64,000 bases of DNA from an uncultured Actinomycetes bacterium (GTDB taxonomy: Bacteria > Actinomycetota > Thermoleophilia > RBG-16-64-13), in NCBI GenBank assembly GCA_963841735.1, contig CAWJDT010000006.1, positions 1 through 64,000 on the forward strand. The letters are read 5' to 3'. Position 1 is the stretch's first letter. Every line of letters starts with the position of its first letter. The notes beneath the pieces are model-generated. The model searched no databases. It saw only the letters and a list, made by a program, of their open reading frames with translations, and was not told the DNA's origin. Position numbers and translations under genes: made by a program. Below, one piece after another: positions 20,621 through 29,124 of the stretch.

Positions 20621-20682
20621 GCGAACTCTAGGTCAGACCTCTCGCTGCGCTCACAGAACGAGCCGTGGGAGCAGCGTCTGGG

Positions 20683-21705
20683 TCAGCCTACGCTGAACCC
20701 GCCCTCCACCGCGGCCGCCCTCACGACAAAGCGCTCGTCTATGCCCATGACCGAGACAATGGCATCGGCGATGTCCTGCGGCTTCGGCAAGACCCACCGC
20801 TCCAGGTAGCCGGCGGGAATGGGCAGGTCGGCGGCGGCGACCCTCCTGATGGGGCTGGCAAGAGGCCGGGCAGCCCCTTCCGTGATCCGCACCGCGATCT
20901 CGGCGGTCACTCCACAGCGCGAAACGTCCTCGTCAACAACGACCGCCCGCCCGGTCTTGGCGACCGAGGCAAGTATGGTTTCCAGATCGAAGGGCTCCAG
21001 AGTCCTGAGGTCTATCACTTCAACACTGATTCCCCTCTCCCCCAACTGCTCCGCCGCCTCAAGAGCCATAGTCACCATGTACGAAGTCGCGACCACAGTG
21101 ACGTCCGTTCCTTCCCGCTTGACGTGAGCCAGGCCCAGGGGGATGACGTACTCCTTCTCGGGCACGCCCCCTTTGGCATCCAGCAGCATCTTGTGGAATA
21201 GGTAGACCACCGGATTGTTGTCCCTGATGGCCGCCTTGAGCAGACCCTTCGCATCGTATGGGGTCGAGGGGAGAGCGATCTTCAACCCTGGGCGATGCCA
21301 GAGGAAGGCCTCAGGGCACTGCGAGTGCATAGGCCCGGCACTGCCGTACCCTCCGATGGCCGTCTTGATCACCAGGGGTACTCGAGTCTTGCCCCCGTTG
21401 GAGAACCGGTGCGTGGCCGCTTGATTTAGGGTCTCGTCCGCCGCGCAGAAGAGAAAGTCCGAGAACATGATGTCGGCGACAGGCCGGTAGCCTGCAAGCG
21501 CAGCTCCGACCGCGGCCCCCACGATGGCGGTCTCGCTGATCGCGGTGTCGCGTATCCTTTCCCGGCCGAACCGCTCCACCAATCCCGCGTGGGTGTCCCA
21601 CTGCTCGTGGCAGATGGACTCTCCGAGGATGAACACCGACTCGTCTCGCGCCATCTCTTCGTGCAGGGCCTCGTTGATGGCCTGTCTGTATGTGATCTCT
21701 CTCAA
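20683..21705 (-). CDS. TPP-dependent 2-oxoacid/acetoin dehydrogenase E1 beta subunit
   Basis: RIRDTAISE, GPMHSQ, DAKGLL, EVIDLRTL. Confidence 0.9.
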   Translation of the reverse strand: MREITYRQAINEALHEEMARDESVFILGESICHEQWDTHAGLVERFGRERIRDTAISETAIVGAAVGAALAGYRPVADIMFSDFLFCAADETLNQAATHRFSNGGKTRVPLVIKTAIGGYGSAGPMHSQCPEAFLWHRPGLKIALPSTPYDAKGLLKAAIRDNNPVVYLFHKMLLDAKGGVPEKEYVIPLGLAHVKREGTDVTVVATSYMVTMALEAAEQLGERGISVEVIDLRTLEPFDLETILASVAKTGRAVVVDEDVSRCGVTAEIAVRITEGAARPLASPIRRVAAADLPIPAGYLERWVLPKPQDIADAIVSVMGIDERFVVRAAAVEGGFSVG

Positions 21706-21720
21706 CGTCGTGTCCTTTGT

Positions 21721-22725
21721 TCAGTCCGCGTAGAGGGCCGTTGCAAGAAGGCTCGGGTCCGGAAGGGGGCTCGCCAAGGCATAGCGTTCAGCCGCTTCCA
21801 CTTCGGCCACCGCTTCACGCTCGATCAGATCCAAGTCCTCTCGCACAAGGATCTTCTCGTCCAGCAGACGGCGCCCGCACAGCTTGATGGGATCCCTCTG
21901 TTTCCAGCGCTCGACCTCGACCTCGTCGCGCAGGGAGTCTAGGCTGTAGTCCCCAACCCCCTCCACCTGGGCTTTATAGCGGCAGGTCTTGAACTCGAGA
22001 AAGCTCGGCCCTTGCCCCGACCGCGCCCGCTCGACCGCGGACTGAACGGCTGCGTAAACCGCGGCCACATCCTGCCCGTCCTCGATGGTGGCCGGGATGT
22101 CGTACCCACAGGCCAAGTCGGAGACGTTCTCCTTGGGATAGGCCGCGTCCGTAGGAACCCACATGCTCATCCCGTTGTTGGAGCACACCCACACAACCGG
22201 CAGCTTCCAATTGGCGCTCATGAGAAGCGCGGTGTGCACGCTCCCTTCGCCCAGGGCGCCGTCTCCCAAGAAACAGAGCGCCACCTGCCCCTTCCCCCGG
22301 AACTGAGCCGCCAAGGCCGTACCGGCCGCGAGGGTAGACTCGCCCCCCACAGTGCCCCCCATGCCGAAGATGCCGATCTCCGGAGCGCAGGTATTGATGA
22401 AGCCTATGCCGTTGCTCGAACCCGTCGCCCTGCCGAGGTGCTCCGCCACGTAGGCCCGCACAGCAAGGCCCTTGGAGATGACCTCACAGACGCCGTGGCC
22501 GCGATGCGTATACCAGATGTAGTCGTCCGGCCTCAGAAAAGTACACGCCCCCACACCGATGGCTTCTTGCCCTTGTTGACTGTGAAAGAACGGACCGGCC
22601 AACTCACCGGCGTAGTAGGCACCCACCAGGAACTCGTCGAGTTTCCGCACCCTGACCATGTTCGTGTAAAGCTGGACAAGCTGTTCGTTGGTCGGCCCTC
22701 CCATGGCGCTATCCCCGAGGTCCAT
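21721..22725 (-). CDS. TPP-dependent 2-oxoacid/acetoin dehydrogenase E1 alpha subunit
   Basis: GQEA, THRGHG, GDGA...NN TPP-binding motif. Confidence 0.9.
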   Translation of the reverse strand: MDLGDSAMGGPTNEQLVQLYTNMVRVRKLDEFLVGAYYAGELAGPFFHSQQGQEAIGVGACTFLRPDDYIWYTHRGHGVCEVISKGLAVRAYVAEHLGRATGSSNGIGFINTCAPEIGIFGMGGTVGGESTLAAGTALAAQFRGKGQVALCFLGDGALGEGSVHTALLMSANWKLPVVWVCSNNGMSMWVPTDAAYPKENVSDLACGYDIPATIEDGQDVAAVYAAVQSAVERARSGQGPSFLEFKTCRYKAQVEGVGDYSLDSLRDEVEVERWKQRDPIKLCGRRLLDEKILVREDLDLIEREAVAEVEAAERYALASPLPDPSLLATALYAD

Positions 22726-23929
22726 CGTTCAGCCTGTCCACTACGACCTTCCCGTCCGCCACCACCAGCTTGACGTTCCTGGTGTCAGAGATATTGGTGA
22801 GCGGATCACCAGAAACGGCCACGAGATCGGCAAGCTTGCCCTTCTCAACCGTTCCCAGCTCTTCCTGCCAGCCCAAGCAGGCGGCGGCCTTTCCCGTTGC
22901 CGCGAGTATCGCGTCCATGTTGCTCAAGCCCACCCCTGCCAGAAGCTCCATCTCAATATGCGCCGCCTCGCCGAACTGGATGTCCGGGGCGCCGGCGTCG
23001 GTACCGGCGACTACGTTCACCCCAGCCCGGTAGATGGCCGCAAGATTAACCTTGAACTCGGGATACTTCTTGGGGCCGGAGTGAAGATCGGTGTACAGAC
23101 TGGTGACTGCGAGCGTAGGCACTACGTAGGTGCCGTTCTTGAGCATAAGGTCCAAGAGCCCGTCGGGTAGGTCCGCCGTGTCGGAACCCACCGCCATCAG
23201 ATGCTCGATGCTATCCGCCCCCCTCATGATGGCGTCGTACGCGTCTTGGGGAGCCTCGGAATGCACGGCGACGCGGCGACCGAGCTTGTGCGCCTCGTCG
23301 ATGACCGCCTCCAGCACATCCAGAGAGAGCTTGGGCAACTTCCGCGGGTAGTTCCAGGCATCGAATGACGCCAACTGAGCCTTGATGAAGTCCACTCCCC
23401 CATCGACCACCCTGCGGACTTCTTCTCTGCCCACCCGCGGGTCGTCGGTCATCACCACCGAGTGCTCGAGAATGTACGGATCGCCCCCCATGATGGTGTA
23501 GGCGGGATGGCCACCCGGCGCTATGAACTGCACTCCCGAGACAGAAAGACGCGGACCGGGAAGACGCCCGGCATTGATATCGTCGCGGACTCCGACACAA
23601 TCCGGAAAAAAGTCTCCACAACTCCGCAGAGTGGTCACACCGTTCGCGATGGCATGCTTCCGAGCCTCGGAGTAGTCGTCGGAGGCTTTCCTATCCACGA
23701 AGTTGGGCTCGCCCTCCTCCAGGTGCACTATCCCGCCACAGTGGACATGCAGATCGATGAGTCCAGGCATGAGAACAAGGCCGTCAAGATCGATCACCGT
23801 GGCCGTCTCCCCGTACTGCGGGGCGGTGCCGGCGTATTCGATCCGATCGCCCTCGATCACGACACTCGCGCCGGCGACCGGCTCCCGGCCGGTCCCGTCG
23901 ATGAGCCGAGCGTTCCTGAGCACCAGCAT
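22709..23929 (-). CDS. Metal-dependent amidohydrolase
   Basis: PGLIDLHVH, FIK, VAVH, SIEH, AGTDAG, GKLADLV. Confidence 0.9.
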   Translation of the reverse strand: MLVLRNARLIDGTGREPVAGASVVIEGDRIEYAGTAPQYGETATVIDLDGLVLMPGLIDLHVHCGGIVHLEEGEPNFVDRKASDDYSEARKHAIANGVTTLRSCGDFFPDCVGVRDDINAGRLPGPRLSVSGVQFIAPGGHPAYTIMGGDPYILEHSVVMTDDPRVGREEVRRVVDGGVDFIKAQLASFDAWNYPRKLPKLSLDVLEAVIDEAHKLGRRVAVHSEAPQDAYDAIMRGADSIEHLMAVGSDTADLPDGLLDLMLKNGTYVVPTLAVTSLYTDLHSGPKKYPEFKVNLAAIYRAGVNVVAGTDAGAPDIQFGEAAHIEMELLAGVGLSNMDAILAATGKAAACLGWQEELGTVEKGKLADLVAVSGDPLTNISDTRNVKLVVADGKVVVDRLNDGPRG

Positions 23930-24137
23930 CTGACTTCACCTCCGGTTGTGCGGTCCGATCCTATGCGCACAGACTAACACGCATTCGGTTACGACACAAA
24001 GCCTGCATTAACAACCTGCAAAAGGGCCTAATAGGGTGGCCGCCTACTCGCCGGCTGATGCCGCGCCCGCCCTCGCGGTCGCCGGCCCTTCTCGCCCAAT
24101 CCTTGGACCAGGCTAGAGATGCAGTAGTATCGCGGGC

Positions 24138-24899
24138 ATGAGAGTCCACTACCTTCAGCATGTGGCCTTTGAAGGCCCAGCGGCCATCGGCGGCTGGGTG
24201 AAGACACGCGGCCACAGCCTGACGGGCACGGAGTTGTTCCGAGAGCCGTCAACCGCGAACACCTCCGTGGCTCCGGAGCACCCACAGTCGTTCCCCGCCC
24301 TCGACGACATCGACGTGCTGGTAGTCTTGGGCGGCCCCATGGGTGTCTACGACTACGCCGACCATCCCTGGCTGCAGAGCGAAAAGGCCTTCATCCTGGC
24401 CGCGATCATCGGCGGCAAGGCCCTGCTGGGGATCTGCCTAGGCGCGCAACTCATCGCGGATGTATTAGGTGGGCCGGTGACCAGGAATACCCACCCCGAG
24501 ATCGGCTGGCACCCAGTGGAGCTCACCCCGGCGGGCCGAACCGACCCGCTCTTTGCCGGTTTCCCGGCCGACTTCACAGCATTGCACTGGCACGGAGACA
24601 CTTTCGCCATCCCACCGGGCGCCACCCATGCAGCCGGTTCGGCGGCCTGCACCAACCAGGCGTTTTCGCTGGACGGAGGACGGGTGGTGGGCCTGCAGTT
24701 CCATCTGGAAGAGACTTCTGCTTCGCTGGCCGTGCTAGTGGAGCACGCCTCCGCGCAACTCGATGCGGCGGGTACCGAGCCCTGGGTCGCGTCCCAGGAA
24801 GAGCTGCTGACCGCCGACGCCCCCTACGACACCTGCCGCGCGCTCCTGTTCAAGCTGCTCGATAGAATGGCGGCCCGCATAACCGCCGAGATCCGCTAG
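24138..24899 (+). CDS. Class I glutamine amidotransferase-like protein
   Basis: LQHVAFEG, GGPMG, GICLGAQ, WHGDTF, QFHLE. Confidence 0.9.
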   Translation: MRVHYLQHVAFEGPAAIGGWVKTRGHSLTGTELFREPSTANTSVAPEHPQSFPALDDIDVLVVLGGPMGVYDYADHPWLQSEKAFILAAIIGGKALLGICLGAQLIADVLGGPVTRNTHPEIGWHPVELTPAGRTDPLFAGFPADFTALHWHGDTFAIPPGATHAAGSAACTNQAFSLDGGRVVGLQFHLEETSASLAVLVEHASAQLDAAGTEPWVASQEELLTADAPYDTCRALLFKLLDRMAARITAEIR

Positions 24900-24974
24900 A
24901 GAGCGACGCGCCGAAGCCCATCACGGAGCCAAGGACGGCAACGTGTGCCCGACGCGCATTCAGGTGTCAACGCT

Positions 24975-25197
24975 TGGCACCAACGAGAACACCAACGGCC
25001 TCATCCGCCAGTACCTGCCCAAGAAGACCAGCTTCGCTCAGCCCACCCAAGCTGGCTGCGACGCTATCGCGGCCAAGCTCAACTCACGGCCAAGGAAGCG
25101 GCTGGGCTACCGAACACCGAAGGACTGCTATGCCTAAGCCAGGCAGACGCGAGTGCCCGAATCAGAGGAGGTGTTGCGATTCAAACTTGAAGTCAGA
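24975..25197 (+). mobile_element. IS30-family remnant (transposase C-terminus plus right end)
   Basis: GTNENTNGLIRQYLPK..LNSRPRKRLGYRTP; IR-like TGTTGCGATTCAAACTTGAAGTCAGA at 25172-25197. Confidence 0.85.
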
Positions 25198-25510
25198 CGT
25201 TTCTCGCAAGACCCGAATCCATCAAACGCTCGCTGCGCCACACACGCACGACGGTGACAACGGTCTCATCCCGCCGATAGACGATCCGAAACGGCGGCTG
25301 CTCGAGTTCGCGAAGCCACGGCGTGTCCAGTTCTGGCACGACCTTGCCACTGTCGGGAAACACGGCGAGCTTTCGTACGCGGGCCACGATCTCTAGCACC
25401 ATGTGCTTGCCGACTTCCGGGACTCCTTGAGACTCATACCAATCGAGGATATCGCGTAAGTCGTCACGCGCCGACTGCGCGAACTCGACGCGGCACCGCG
25501 TATCGCTCAT
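25193..25510 (-). CDS. RelE/ParE-family toxin (cassette 6)
   Basis: VEFAQSARDDL, FPDSGKVVPE, RIVYR. Confidence 0.85.
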   Translation of the reverse strand: MSDTRCRVEFAQSARDDLRDILDWYESQGVPEVGKHMVLEIVARVRKLAVFPDSGKVVPELDTPWLRELEQPPFRIVYRRDETVVTVVRVWRSERLMDSGLARNV

Positions 25511-25785
25511 TCCAGACCGAGAGAGCTCACGACCTCGTCAAGCGACATGACCCGTCCGGCCTCGATATCCGCAAGACCCGCCACCACTGCTCGCATGAAG
25601 TCGCGTTCTTCTTGGGCTGCTTCATACTCACCAAGCGCCTGTAGCACCGCTACCCCACGGCCGTGACTTGTGAGAAGCACAGGCCGGCCGGTCTCATCAA
25701 CACGACGGACTATCTTGCCGGGATTCACCTTCAAATCGCCCAGCGGGACGACATCCTCCGAGAACTTCACCGGGGCGCTCCGCAT
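25507..25785 (-). CDS. Phd/YefM-family antitoxin (cassette 6)
   Basis: DVVPLGDLK, RPVLLTSHGRGVAVL; overlaps toxin start; TATAAT upstream at 25821-25826. Confidence 0.85.
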   Translation of the reverse strand: MRSAPVKFSEDVVPLGDLKVNPGKIVRRVDETGRPVLLTSHGRGVAVLQALGEYEAAQEERDFMRAVVAGLADIEAGRVMSLDEVVSSLGLE

Positions 25786-25854
25786 GACAGACCTCCAACC
25801 GCATCGACATTCTGGTGCCGATTATAGCACCGGCCTCGGACGACTCCCGAATAC

Positions 25855-25948
25855 ACCTAACGTCTCATCCGGTCAGCCGCGACCGTTGGCCATGGTACTC
25901 CATACAATAGACAACGCAGACAAGTCGGTCTGCACGCGCTCGTTCGAC
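25855..25948 (-). mobile_element. attC site of cassette 5
   Basis: Minus strand GTCGAAC-GAGCG-CGTGCAG ... GCTGACC-N9-GTTAGGT. Confidence 0.75.
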
Positions 25949-25961
25949 GGGGGGCCCACGC

Positions 25962-26951
25962 TCAAACGACGGGCTCGGGCCGCCCAACGCCGTGATCCAC
26001 ACGCACGCGCCTAGCCTCCTCGTCTCTGCCTTGCCGGCTGAGTTCGTAGGCAAGCGTGAGCGCGGTCTCGCCAACCCGTTCCGGCGGGGCCCCAAGATCA
26101 ACCAGCATTTCGAGAGCGTCGGTCAGGAGCTTCTCCGCCCGCTCGCCCTCACCCAGGCGGCTCAGACATAGCCCCAGACTTGACATGGTCTGCGCTACGT
26201 ATATGGAGTACTCATCGCCTTCACGGCGTGTAGTGGCTAGCGCCTCTTCATAGTACGGAAGGGCATCGTTCCACCGGTCGTGGATTGCATACAGGTACCC
26301 CAGTTCGTGCGGAAACTTGAACGACCAAGAGGAGCTGCCATGGAACTTCCGCGCCATCGAAAGAGCAGATGAGAGTAGTTCCTCGGCCTCATCCCAACGC
26401 TCCTGCTCGACCCTAGCCAAGCCAAGGTGGTAGATGGTATCGGCCAGATAGGGGTCATCTTTCCTCGTGACGGCTTTGCTCACCTTGAGGCAGCGCTCCA
26501 GGAGCGAGACATACTCATCAAAGCGTCCGGAGTGGCGGACCGCATGCGCGAGGTTGTACAAGGCGATGCCGTAGCTGTCGTTGATCACGTGGTGGGAGTC
26601 CATGATGGCCAAGGAACGATGCAGCGTGGCTTTCTGCGCCTCAAGGTCTCCGGCGCTCCCGTACATCAAAGATAGGTTGTTTAGTGCGGGCACAAGCTCC
26701 AATGACTCCGGCCCGTACTCTTCGGCCTGCAGGTCCAGAAGACGTTGGCTGAGTCGAATAGCTGTTGCCGAGTCGCCGTCGCTGTGCGCGCGCTCGGCAA
26801 GGAACGTCAGAGCCTCTACAATCCCGCGCCGATCGCCGCCGCTCTCGGCTTCGCTCAATGCCTGCTCAGCTAGACGCCGAGCTTCTACCTCGTCCCCCTC
26901 GCGCCATGCCCTGCGTCCAGCTTCGATGGCATCACTCAAGCCCGCCCCCAA
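25962..26951 (-). CDS. Tetratricopeptide-repeat protein (cassette 5)
   Basis: Repeated LNNL/LYNLA..Y...G...EA...AL helices of TPR_10/12 type. Confidence 0.8.
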   Translation of the reverse strand: MGAGLSDAIEAGRRAWREGDEVEARRLAEQALSEAESGGDRRGIVEALTFLAERAHSDGDSATAIRLSQRLLDLQAEEYGPESLELVPALNNLSLMYGSAGDLEAQKATLHRSLAIMDSHHVINDSYGIALYNLAHAVRHSGRFDEYVSLLERCLKVSKAVTRKDDPYLADTIYHLGLARVEQERWDEAEELLSSALSMARKFHGSSSWSFKFPHELGYLYAIHDRWNDALPYYEEALATTRREGDEYSIYVAQTMSSLGLCLSRLGEGERAEKLLTDALEMLVDLGAPPERVGETALTLAYELSRQGRDEEARRVRVDHGVGRPEPVV

Positions 26952-26979
26952 TCACACGGCTTTGGCAGAACCACGGTCT

Positions 26980-27044
26980 GTCGAACGACTCAGCCTGTCA
27001 GCAGAAGCTCTGCCGTCATGCTGCACTTCTAAGTTGAAGTCACA
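26980..27044 (-). mobile_element. Degenerate or chimeric attC of cassette 4, fused to an IS30-like end
   Basis: GTCGAACGACTCAGCCTGTCAGCAG matches the attC half at 28406; TGCTGCACTTCTAAGTTGAAGTCACA (27019-27044) resembles the IS30 end at 25172. Confidence 0.55.
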
Positions 27045-27049
27045 CTTGG

Positions 27050-27283
27050 CTATCTGTCCCCTTCATCGGGCTCGACGTCGGGCACCTTGCCCATCGCACG
27101 CTCGAACCGCCCACGGTCCCCACGCGCGGCACGCTCCACAAGATAGTCGACGGTCATAAGGGCCGACATCTTCTCGGCGAGCGCCGTGGTGATGAGCTGG
27201 TTGATGGAGACGTCCTCTGACTTGGCGAGTTCGCGCGCCTTCTTGTGGAGCGACTCTGGCAAACGTAGGCTGATGGTACTCAT
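27050..27283 (-). CDS. Ribbon-helix-helix antitoxin (cassette 4)
   Basis: MSTISLRLPESLH..VSINQLI; lies downstream of and overlaps the PIN gene. Confidence 0.8.
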   Translation of the reverse strand: MSTISLRLPESLHKKARELAKSEDVSINQLITTALAEKMSALMTVDYLVERAARGDRGRFERAMGKVPDVEPDEGDR

Positions 27284-27705
27284 GACTTGCCTCCGATCCT
27301 CCTCAAGTACTCGCCCGGCCTGACTGCTTCGATCCCGAAGCGCTCAGCTCCCGTGAAGTCCTTGATGTTGTGAGTGACGATAATCCCGCATCCCGCCTCG
27401 ACAGCCAGTTCGAGCACGTGGTCGTCCCGAGGATCTCGCAAGACCGGCCGCCACAGGAAGTGGATCTCTTGTAGATGGGCTACGCTGCACAAGTAGTCGA
27501 TGACATCGTCGACCTCCTCGGGCTTCAACCCCGTCGCCTCGGGCATGCGCTTCGCGGCATCTTCGTACTCGACCACCAACGGGACCGAGAGGGCGATCTC
27601 AAACCGCGTCCCACCGATCAGCATCAGCAGCCGATGTGATGCGCCGCGGCGCGAACGCAGAGCCGAGATGAACACGCTAGTATCGATGACGACGCATGGA
27701 CCCAT
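27280..27705 (-). CDS. PIN-domain toxin (cassette 4)
   Basis: VIDTSV, EYE, DPRDDHVLE, THNIKDF acidic PIN residues. Confidence 0.88.
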   Translation of the reverse strand: MGPCVVIDTSVFISALRSRRGASHRLLMLIGGTRFEIALSVPLVVEYEDAAKRMPEATGLKPEEVDDVIDYLCSVAHLQEIHFLWRPVLRDPRDDHVLELAVEAGCGIIVTHNIKDFTGAERFGIEAVRPGEYLRRIGGKS

Positions 27706-27708
27706 AGC

Positions 27709-27740
27709 GGTATCGTATACGATACCAGACCGTGAGTCAA
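27709..27740 (-). promoter_or_regulatory. Cassette 4 promoter with palindromic operator, probably leaderless
   Basis: TTGACT-17-TACGAT 6 nt before ATG; GGTATCGTATACGATACC perfect palindrome 27709-27726. Confidence 0.7.
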
Positions 27741-27759
27741 CCGCGGCTAGTCCCCGTAT

Positions 27760-27849
27760 GCCTAACGTTCTAGCGCGTCAGCAGCGCCCGCCGGCCATGG
27801 TACTCCATGCGATATAAGCCAACGCCGGAGTCGGACCGGCGTGTTAGCC
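27760..27849 (-). mobile_element. attC site of cassette 3
   Basis: Minus strand GGCTAAC (contains toxin stop) ... GCTGACG-N9-GTTAGGC. Confidence 0.78.
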
Positions 27850-28143
27850 ACGCAGACGCCGTATTCGACATTCCGGACCACGTGCCACGTGCAGACACGC
27901 GACGACCAGGACGCCTGCGTCATCCGCCCGATAGTACAGAACATAGGGAAAGCGCGCCATGAGCTGGCGTCTAAGACCCGGGAGCACAAGAGATCCAGCG
28001 CTCGGGAACGACCGGATGCGACTCACGGTAGTCTCGACTAAATCAACGAACTGCTCACCGAGGCCCGCGCATTCGCCCTCGTACCAGTCACGGGCGAAGG
28101 TGACATCGACGATTGCGGCGGCGTCGAACCTGACGTCGGCCAC
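27844..28143 (-). CDS. ParE/RelE-family toxin (cassette 3)
   Basis: WYE..GLGEQF, RFPYVLYY, VVACLH..R.P. Confidence 0.82.
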   Translation of the reverse strand: MADVRFDAAAIVDVTFARDWYEGECAGLGEQFVDLVETTVSRIRSFPSAGSLVLPGLRRQLMARFPYVLYYRADDAGVLVVACLHVARGPECRIRRLRG

Positions 28144-28355
28144 TACTTCCGCATTCTGCGAAGGGCCTCATCCCACTCGACCAATTCGGCTTCGCCCCTG
28201 TCTATGGCGTCGAGCCGGGCGTCGAGTTCCTTGTGGTGAGCATCTGGAAAAGGAATCGACTCAGGCGTGTGCTGCAAACTGTCCCAAAGCTCACCGATGA
28301 GCTCAAGCCGGTCTTCAGGCGCCATGCTGTCTATGTCGATCGCAGGATGTCCCAT
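28143..28355 (-). CDS. Addiction-module antitoxin, TIGR02574-like (cassette 3)
   Basis: EDRLELIGELWDSL..ELDARL..WDE; promoter TTCACG-17-TATCAT 6 nt before ATG. Confidence 0.85.
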   Translation of the reverse strand: MGHPAIDIDSMAPEDRLELIGELWDSLQHTPESIPFPDAHHKELDARLDAIDRGEAELVEWDEALRRMRK

Positions 28356-28405
28356 GAGGCGATGATACCCCTCCGCGCAACTTTCGTGAACCGTATCGCT
28401 GATGA

Positions 28406-28466
28406 AGCTAACGATTCAGCCGGTCAGCAGCGACCGCAGGTCGTCTGCTGCACCGGCGTGTTAGCC
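28406..28466 (-). mobile_element. attC site of cassette 2
   Basis: Minus strand GGCTAAC-ACGCC-GGTGCAGC ... GCTGACC-N9-GTTAGCT, with the extrahelical G in L''. Confidence 0.85.
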
Positions 28467-28471
28467 AGCAT

Positions 28472-28807
28472 TCAGTAAACACAGGCGTCCAGAATCGACA
28501 GCACTTCTTCGAGCACCGGCTCAGGAGCTGGACCGATGCGCTTGACACCTCGAGCTTGGAAGTCGAGTGACTTCACTTGTTCTACCATCACAACGCCGGT
28601 CACCCCCGAGCCCTCGGGAATCTCCACGTGGAAAGGGTAGTCGCGGCGGGTGTTCGTCACTGGACAGACGATGCAAAGACCCGTCGACTTGTTGAACAGA
28701 TCGTTACTGATGACTAGCGCCGGACGCCACCCCTTCTGCTCGTGCCCCGACTGCGGGTCGAAGTCCACGGCGATGAATTCTCCCCTACGGGGAACGTAGG
28801 CCGCCAA
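28472..28807 (-). CDS. mazF: MazF/PemK endoribonuclease toxin (cassette 2)
   Basis: YVPRRG, FDPQSGHEQKGWRPALVIS, EQVKSLD. Confidence 0.9.
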   Translation of the reverse strand: MAAYVPRRGEFIAVDFDPQSGHEQKGWRPALVISNDLFNKSTGLCIVCPVTNTRRDYPFHVEIPEGSGVTGVVMVEQVKSLDFQARGVKRIGPAPEPVLEEVLSILDACVY

Positions 28808-29056
28808 CTACCAAACCTCGCGACCTGCCGGCGGACCCCAATCGAGCTCACCCGGCCTGTAGTCCTTAGGCACACGTGCCACGAGATCCTCCAGGCTGCG
28901 ACCACCGCGTACACGATGGGCAGGCGTGATGATGAGCGAACCGTCCTGGACACTAACCTGGACCGAGTCGCCGACCTCCACGTGGACATCCGCAAGGAGT
29001 TCCTTGCTCAGCCGCAGCCCTTGGCTGTTGCCCCACTTCTGAACCTTCGTGATCAT
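28808..29056 (-). CDS. mazE: MazE/AbrB antitoxin (cassette 2)
   Basis: VQKWGNSQGLRL, LEDLV, DWGPPAGREVW; promoter TTGACC-17-TATACT at 29111-29083. Confidence 0.9.
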   Translation of the reverse strand: MITKVQKWGNSQGLRLSKELLADVHVEVGDSVQVSVQDGSLIITPAHRVRGGRSLEDLVARVPKDYRPGELDWGPPAGREVW

Positions 29057-29124
29057 ACGCTACCCCTCGTTTGGATAGCCCAAGTATAGCCCTCGCGCGA
29101 GCACCGGTCAACGCGACGCTGTGG

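Noticed and set aside
24138-24899. GATase gene as an integron cassette
   Set aside because: Opposite strand to the cassettes, no attC, and outside the IS30 remnant that ends the array
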